Shown: piece by piece, positions 6,661 through 10,817 of the stretch
Layout of the letters: every line of letters begins with the position of its first letter
How positions within the stretch are numbered: the stretch's first letter is position 1
From: Octopus sinensis
Lineage: Eukaryota
Assembly: GCF_006345805.1 (NCBI RefSeq)
Contig: NW_021827228.1
Coordinates: 1 to 10,817 of the forward strand
Direction: 5' to 3'
DNA length: 10,817 bases
Position numbers and translations under genes: made by a program
Notes under the pieces: model-generated
What the model was told of the DNA's origin: nothing
Databases searched by the model: none
What the model saw: only the letters and a program-made list of their open reading frames with translations

Positions 6661-7179
6661 CTTAAGTAGCAATTTGGTTCAATAAAAGAAAAAAAAAATG
6701 ATTAAAAAAAAAATTAGAAGCACGATCGCAATAATGGCTTCTAAGATCATTTTCTAAAAGGAGGTCCACAAAAGTTATACATTGGTATTATTCTATTCAG
6801 CTGATTGTTAATCTATGATATCAAATAAATTTGTTCGTTGAAGCGAATAGAAAGTGGAAAGTAGAGATAGAAATATCGATATTAGAAGAGCAGAGTAAAA
6901 GAGAAAAGAGTTTGCATAAAGCTGGTTAACTTGTTTGGAAGAAAGCAGACGACACACATCAGTAATGGCGGGAAATTGGCAAATGGTCGGAGGTAAAACG
7001 AATACAAAAAAAGCTGACAGAAATCTAATTAAAAGGAATAAAGTTATTTGCTTTAAATCCTCACCAATTTACAAATAAAATGGGTGAATTGGAAAAAGAA
7101 AACAAAAGCAGAGCTAGAAATTTCCTTCTGAATTTACTGAAAGACGGAAAAGATGAGAGTGACATAGAAGGAATGAGGA

Positions 7180-8110
<931 letters not shown>

Positions 8111-8212
8111 TTTTCTATACGTTTTATAATTATAATCTTGATTATCATCACGATTTATTTATCTCATCAGGTTCTTATTTATTCATACACGCAGTCATAT
8201 TTACATTCATAC

Positions 8213-8447
8213 TTATATACACCCTGATCATAAATCGGCAGAGTCATCTGCGCAAGTGGGCGTAGTTTCGTTGTTGCCCAACCTTTCGGGTAAAGATCGC
8301 CGTGTATAAAAATCAAATCGAAACGGATGTGTCGCCAGTAGTTTGATAAAGCGGATATGTTAAACTGACGGGCGACAAACTTACGCTTAGGTTTTACTAA
8401 ATCATATTCCGTTTTGTTTCTCTGTATTGAGTACGTTTTTCGTTTAA
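8213..8447 (-). CDS. Probable internal coding exon B, unknown protein (vKRKTYSIQRNKTEYDLVKPKRKFVARQFNISALSNYWRHIRFDLIFIHGDLYPKGWATTKLRPLAQMTLPIYDQGVY)
   Basis: Acceptor gtgcgttttcAG (8449-8448). Complex, CpG-containing sequence between two microsatellites, with one open frame of 77 full codons; the other two minus frames stop within 17 codons. Phase 1 matches the exon-A donor. Best-looking donor is TAA|gtatga (GT at 8212-8211); alternatives give exon ends at 8223 or 8221. Confidence 0.65.
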
Positions 8448-8454
8448 CTGAAAA

Positions 8455-8677
8455 CGCACATGCATGCACACACACGCACACATACACACACGCACATACA
8501 CACACACTCAGCAGGTTTGGGGAGGTGCTGAATACTAATGTGTGTGCATGTGAGAGTGCATACACATACACGCACAGACACAGACACAGACACACACACA
8601 CACACACACAACACACACACACGTACACACACCACACACACACACACACACTACATACATACAGACAGACAGACAGA
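8455..8677. repeat. CA/CAGA-rich microsatellite
   Basis: Direct reading. Confidence 0.92.
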
Positions 8678-8904
8678 GTAATGTTCATCACCAGTTCATC
8701 ATAGCTGTTCCGTCGGAACCTGTGTTACTACCATTTTAACCGCAGGAGGACGCTGCCTCCAGCTGGTTATTCGAATCAACCTGCAGCCGATATTTATTGC
8801 AAGCAGGGGAGCGAACCCCTACCAATCATTCAACCACAGGACCACCAGACTGTATGGTTTCGATCTCTTTGTGATTTCATGATCGCATGCTGTGACGAGA
8901 ACAG

Positions 8905-9015
8905 TAGGAAATGAAGTAGCCTGTTCAAGAATACAATGCACGGCCGGTTCAGGACTTGAACCTGTGACTTTATGATCGTAGGCCGAACACCCTACCACTA
9001 GGCCACGTGCCTTCA
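8905..9015 (-). mobile_element. Family-D SINE head (diverged)
   Basis: Minus strand reads tgaaggcacgTGGCCTAGTGGtagggtgttcggcctACGatcataaagtcacaGGTTCAAGTCCtgaaccggcc: A box, ACG anticodon position and B box. Paralogous to 1-76. Confidence 0.8.
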
Positions 9016-9045
9016 GTGACGGGTATTTTTCATTGGACTAGGGGA

Positions 9046-9426
9046 AGCACTCTGTCGGTTACGACGATGAGGGTTCCGGTTGATCCGAATCAACGGAACA
9101 GCCTGCTCGTGAAATTAACGTGTAAGTGGCTGAGCACTCCACAGACACGTGCACTCTTAACGTAGTTCTCGGGGATATTCAGCGTGACACAGAGAGTGAC
9201 AAGGCCGTTCCCTTGAAATACAGGTACAACAGAAACAAGAAGTAAGAGTGAGAGAAAGTTGTGGTGAAAGAGTACAGCAGGGATCACCACCATCCCCTGC
9301 CGGAGCACGTGGAGCTTTTAGGTGTTTTCGCTCAATAAACACTTACAACGCCCGGTCTGGGAATCGAAACCGCAATCCTATGACCGCGAGTCCGCTGCCC
9401 TAACCACTGGGCCATTGCACCTCCAC
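9046..9426 (-). mobile_element. Full-length tRNA-derived SINE (family E)
   Basis: A box TGGCCCAGTGG (9414-9404), B box GGTTTCGATTCCC (9371-9359), then a ~300-bp body. The segment gagaactacgttaag...gtgtctgtgg...gagcaggctgttcc is reminiscent of the Deu/Nin SINE domain (from memory, unverified). Confidence 0.85.
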
Positions 9427-9672
9427 TTTCAATGGACTAGCAGTGCTACGTTCCGATCTCTTCATAATGTTTTGAGTAGACGCAGGAGTAACCTAGAGCC
9501 GTGTTAAGCCTTTCACAGCGCTTGCTACTTTTGAAATACTTCTAGAGGACATACATCTAGGGGAACGAATCTTTCAGAGCTGTCCGCTGATCCGGTGAGA
9601 AGTTCGGAGGGGATGTTAACAAACAGCGGATAATGGAAGACTTTGGTGGAGTTAGTTAGTTCATTGATTTAC

Positions 9673-9750
9673 CGGAAGGGGGCATGGCGGTTGTGTGACG
9701 TCGAGCTATTTTGGTGAGTTTATTGATTGTCGCGTAATTTGAGTGGAGTT
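9673..9750 (-). CDS. Probable exon A (78 nt) with candidate start codon at 9685-9683 (MPPS + G)
   Basis: Strong acceptor ctttctctctttctccatAG (9752-9751) and donor CCG|gtaaat (GT at 9672-9671). Only the phase-1 frame is open (xLHSNYATINKLTKIARRHTTAMPPS). The ATG lies in ACCGCCATG, a strong Kozak context. G + TT of exon B gives Val in frame. Confidence 0.62.
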
Positions 9751-9759
9751 CTATGGAGA

Positions 9760-10630
9760 AAGAGAGAAAGAAGGAACGGTGGTGGTGCTGGGGGAGAATT
9801 ATAGGATAGAGAATGAGAGAGAGAAGAGAGAGAAGGTGGAGATGTGGATAGAAAGGGATAGATGGTATGATTAGACAGGCGATAAAATATAATTGAGATA
9901 ATGGAGGGGATAATAGCGATAAAGAAGGAAGGGGAGACAAGTAAAAGGTTTGAGAGAGGGGGAGTGTGTCACATAAAGATTCTCTGAGGGTGAGTGAAAC
10001 CAGGCTGATGAGAGGGGGAAACTGATAGGCGGAGTGATAAAGAGGTGAAGTAAGAGATATGGAGAGGGAGAGAGGGAGAGAGAGAGAGAGGGTGTGTGTC
10101 TATGAAGTGAAAGAAAGACCATCTACGACGGGTTGAGAGTATACAAGGGAGAGAGAAAGAGAGAGAGAGAGAGAGGCAGATAGATATATGAAGAGGAATG
10201 ATATATGAGTAAGATTATACGAAGGAGAGAGGACAAATACGAGAGAGAGAGAGAGAGAGAAAAAATGTTGAGGGGCAGAGAGAGAGAGGGGGGAGAAGAG
10301 AGGGAGAGGGAGAACAGAGGGAGAGGGAGAACAGAGGGAGAATGGGAGGTAGAAAGAGAAAAGCGAGAACGATGAGGGATAGAGAGAACTAGAGAGAGAG
10401 AGAGAGAACGATGAAGGGCAGAAAGAAGAGAGAGAGAGAGAGAGAGAGAGAGCGAACGATGAGGGCAGAAAGAGAGAAAGGGAGAAGAGAGGGAGAAAGA
10501 GAAAGAGAGAGAGAGAAAGAGAGGTAGAAAGAGAAGAGCGAGAATGATGAGGGATAGAGAGAGGTAGAAAAAGAGAGATAGAACAATGAAGGGCAGGAAG
10601 AAAGAGAGAGGGAGAGAAAGTGGGGATGGT
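9760..10630. repeat. GA-rich polypurine/polypyrimidine tract with a degenerate minisatellite
   Basis: (GA)n runs plus a recurring gaacgatga(a)ggg-like motif at 10367, 10406, 10454, 10542 and 10581. Confidence 0.9.
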
Positions 10631-10690
10631 ATGATGGTATTGGGCTAGATGTCAGTGGGGAGGTCAATATTATCGACTGCGCCTGTCAAT

Positions 10691-10710
10691 ACGTCCATAG
10701 CAACCAATGA
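10691..10710. promoter_or_regulatory. RFX X-box half-site (CCATAGCAAC) overlapping an NF-Y-type CCAAT box
   Basis: acgtCCATAGCAAC at 10691-10704; AACCAATGA at 10702-10710 fits RRCCAATSR. Confidence 0.55.
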
Positions 10711-10730
10711 CAGTGTGATACGCTGAGAGG

Positions 10731-10739
10731 ACTCACGTG
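10731..10739 (-). other. Candidate 5' splice donor (CAC|gtgagt) overlapping a CACGTG E-box
   Basis: Plus-strand actcac (10731-10736) is GTGAGT on the minus strand; CACGTG at 10734-10739. All three minus frames from 10817 hit stops, consistent with a non-coding first exon. Confidence 0.45.
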
Positions 10740-10742
10740 TCA

Positions 10743-10756
10743 GTTGCTATGGAAAC
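10743..10756. promoter_or_regulatory. Canonical RFX X-box GTTGCTATGGAAAC
   Basis: Matches the established RFX/DAF-19 consensus GTHNYYATRRNAAC at every position. Confidence 0.75.
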
Positions 10757-10799
10757 AATAGGATATCAATCTCTAACATTTCAATGAAATGTAGTTGAA

Positions 10800-10813
10800 C
10801 CACCAGGGGGAGC
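10800..10813 (+). promoter_or_regulatory. CTCF-like core motif CCACCAGGGGGAGC
   Basis: 13/14 match to the canonical core CCACCAGGGGGCGC. Confidence 0.5.
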
Positions 10814-10817
10814 TGGC

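Noticed and set aside
8280-8330. FDLIFIHGD resembling the FDLIFIDGD motif of SAM-dependent methyltransferases; PLAQMTLPIYDQG resembling a C2-domain strand
   Set aside because: Short motif resemblance only. The acidic residue is His here, there is no glycine-rich SAM-binding loop, and the predicted protein is too short; an HMM search is needed, so no function is assigned.
9090-9507. ORFs 9090..9308, 9157..9342 and 9322..9507
   Set aside because: They lie mostly or entirely within the family-E SINE.

Overview
Repeat-dense animal genomic DNA with no prokaryotic features. The SINE families and microsatellite load suggest an octopus (coleoid cephalopod); this is pattern recognition, not a database result. 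Most of the window is tRNA-derived SINEs (labelled A-E here for convenience), microsatellites, a 219-bp hAT-type MITE with a perfect 8-bp target-site duplication, and a ~550-bp element embedded in (TAA)n. Almost all ORFs in the supplied track are microsatellite or SINE artefacts. The main non-repeat signal is on the minus strand. A regulatory cluster at the right edge (a canonical RFX X-box, a second X-box half-site, CCAAT, E-box, CTCF-like motif) sits upstream of splice-site-bounded, phase-compatible exons at 9750-9673 and 8447-8213, with alternative candidate last exons at 6660 and 1948. These would encode a protein of about 96-113 aa (MPPSVKRKTYSIQRNKTEYDLVKPKRKFVARQF...) that I cannot assign to a family. 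It is a candidate RFX-regulated (ciliary-programme) gene and needs transcript and homology confirmation.
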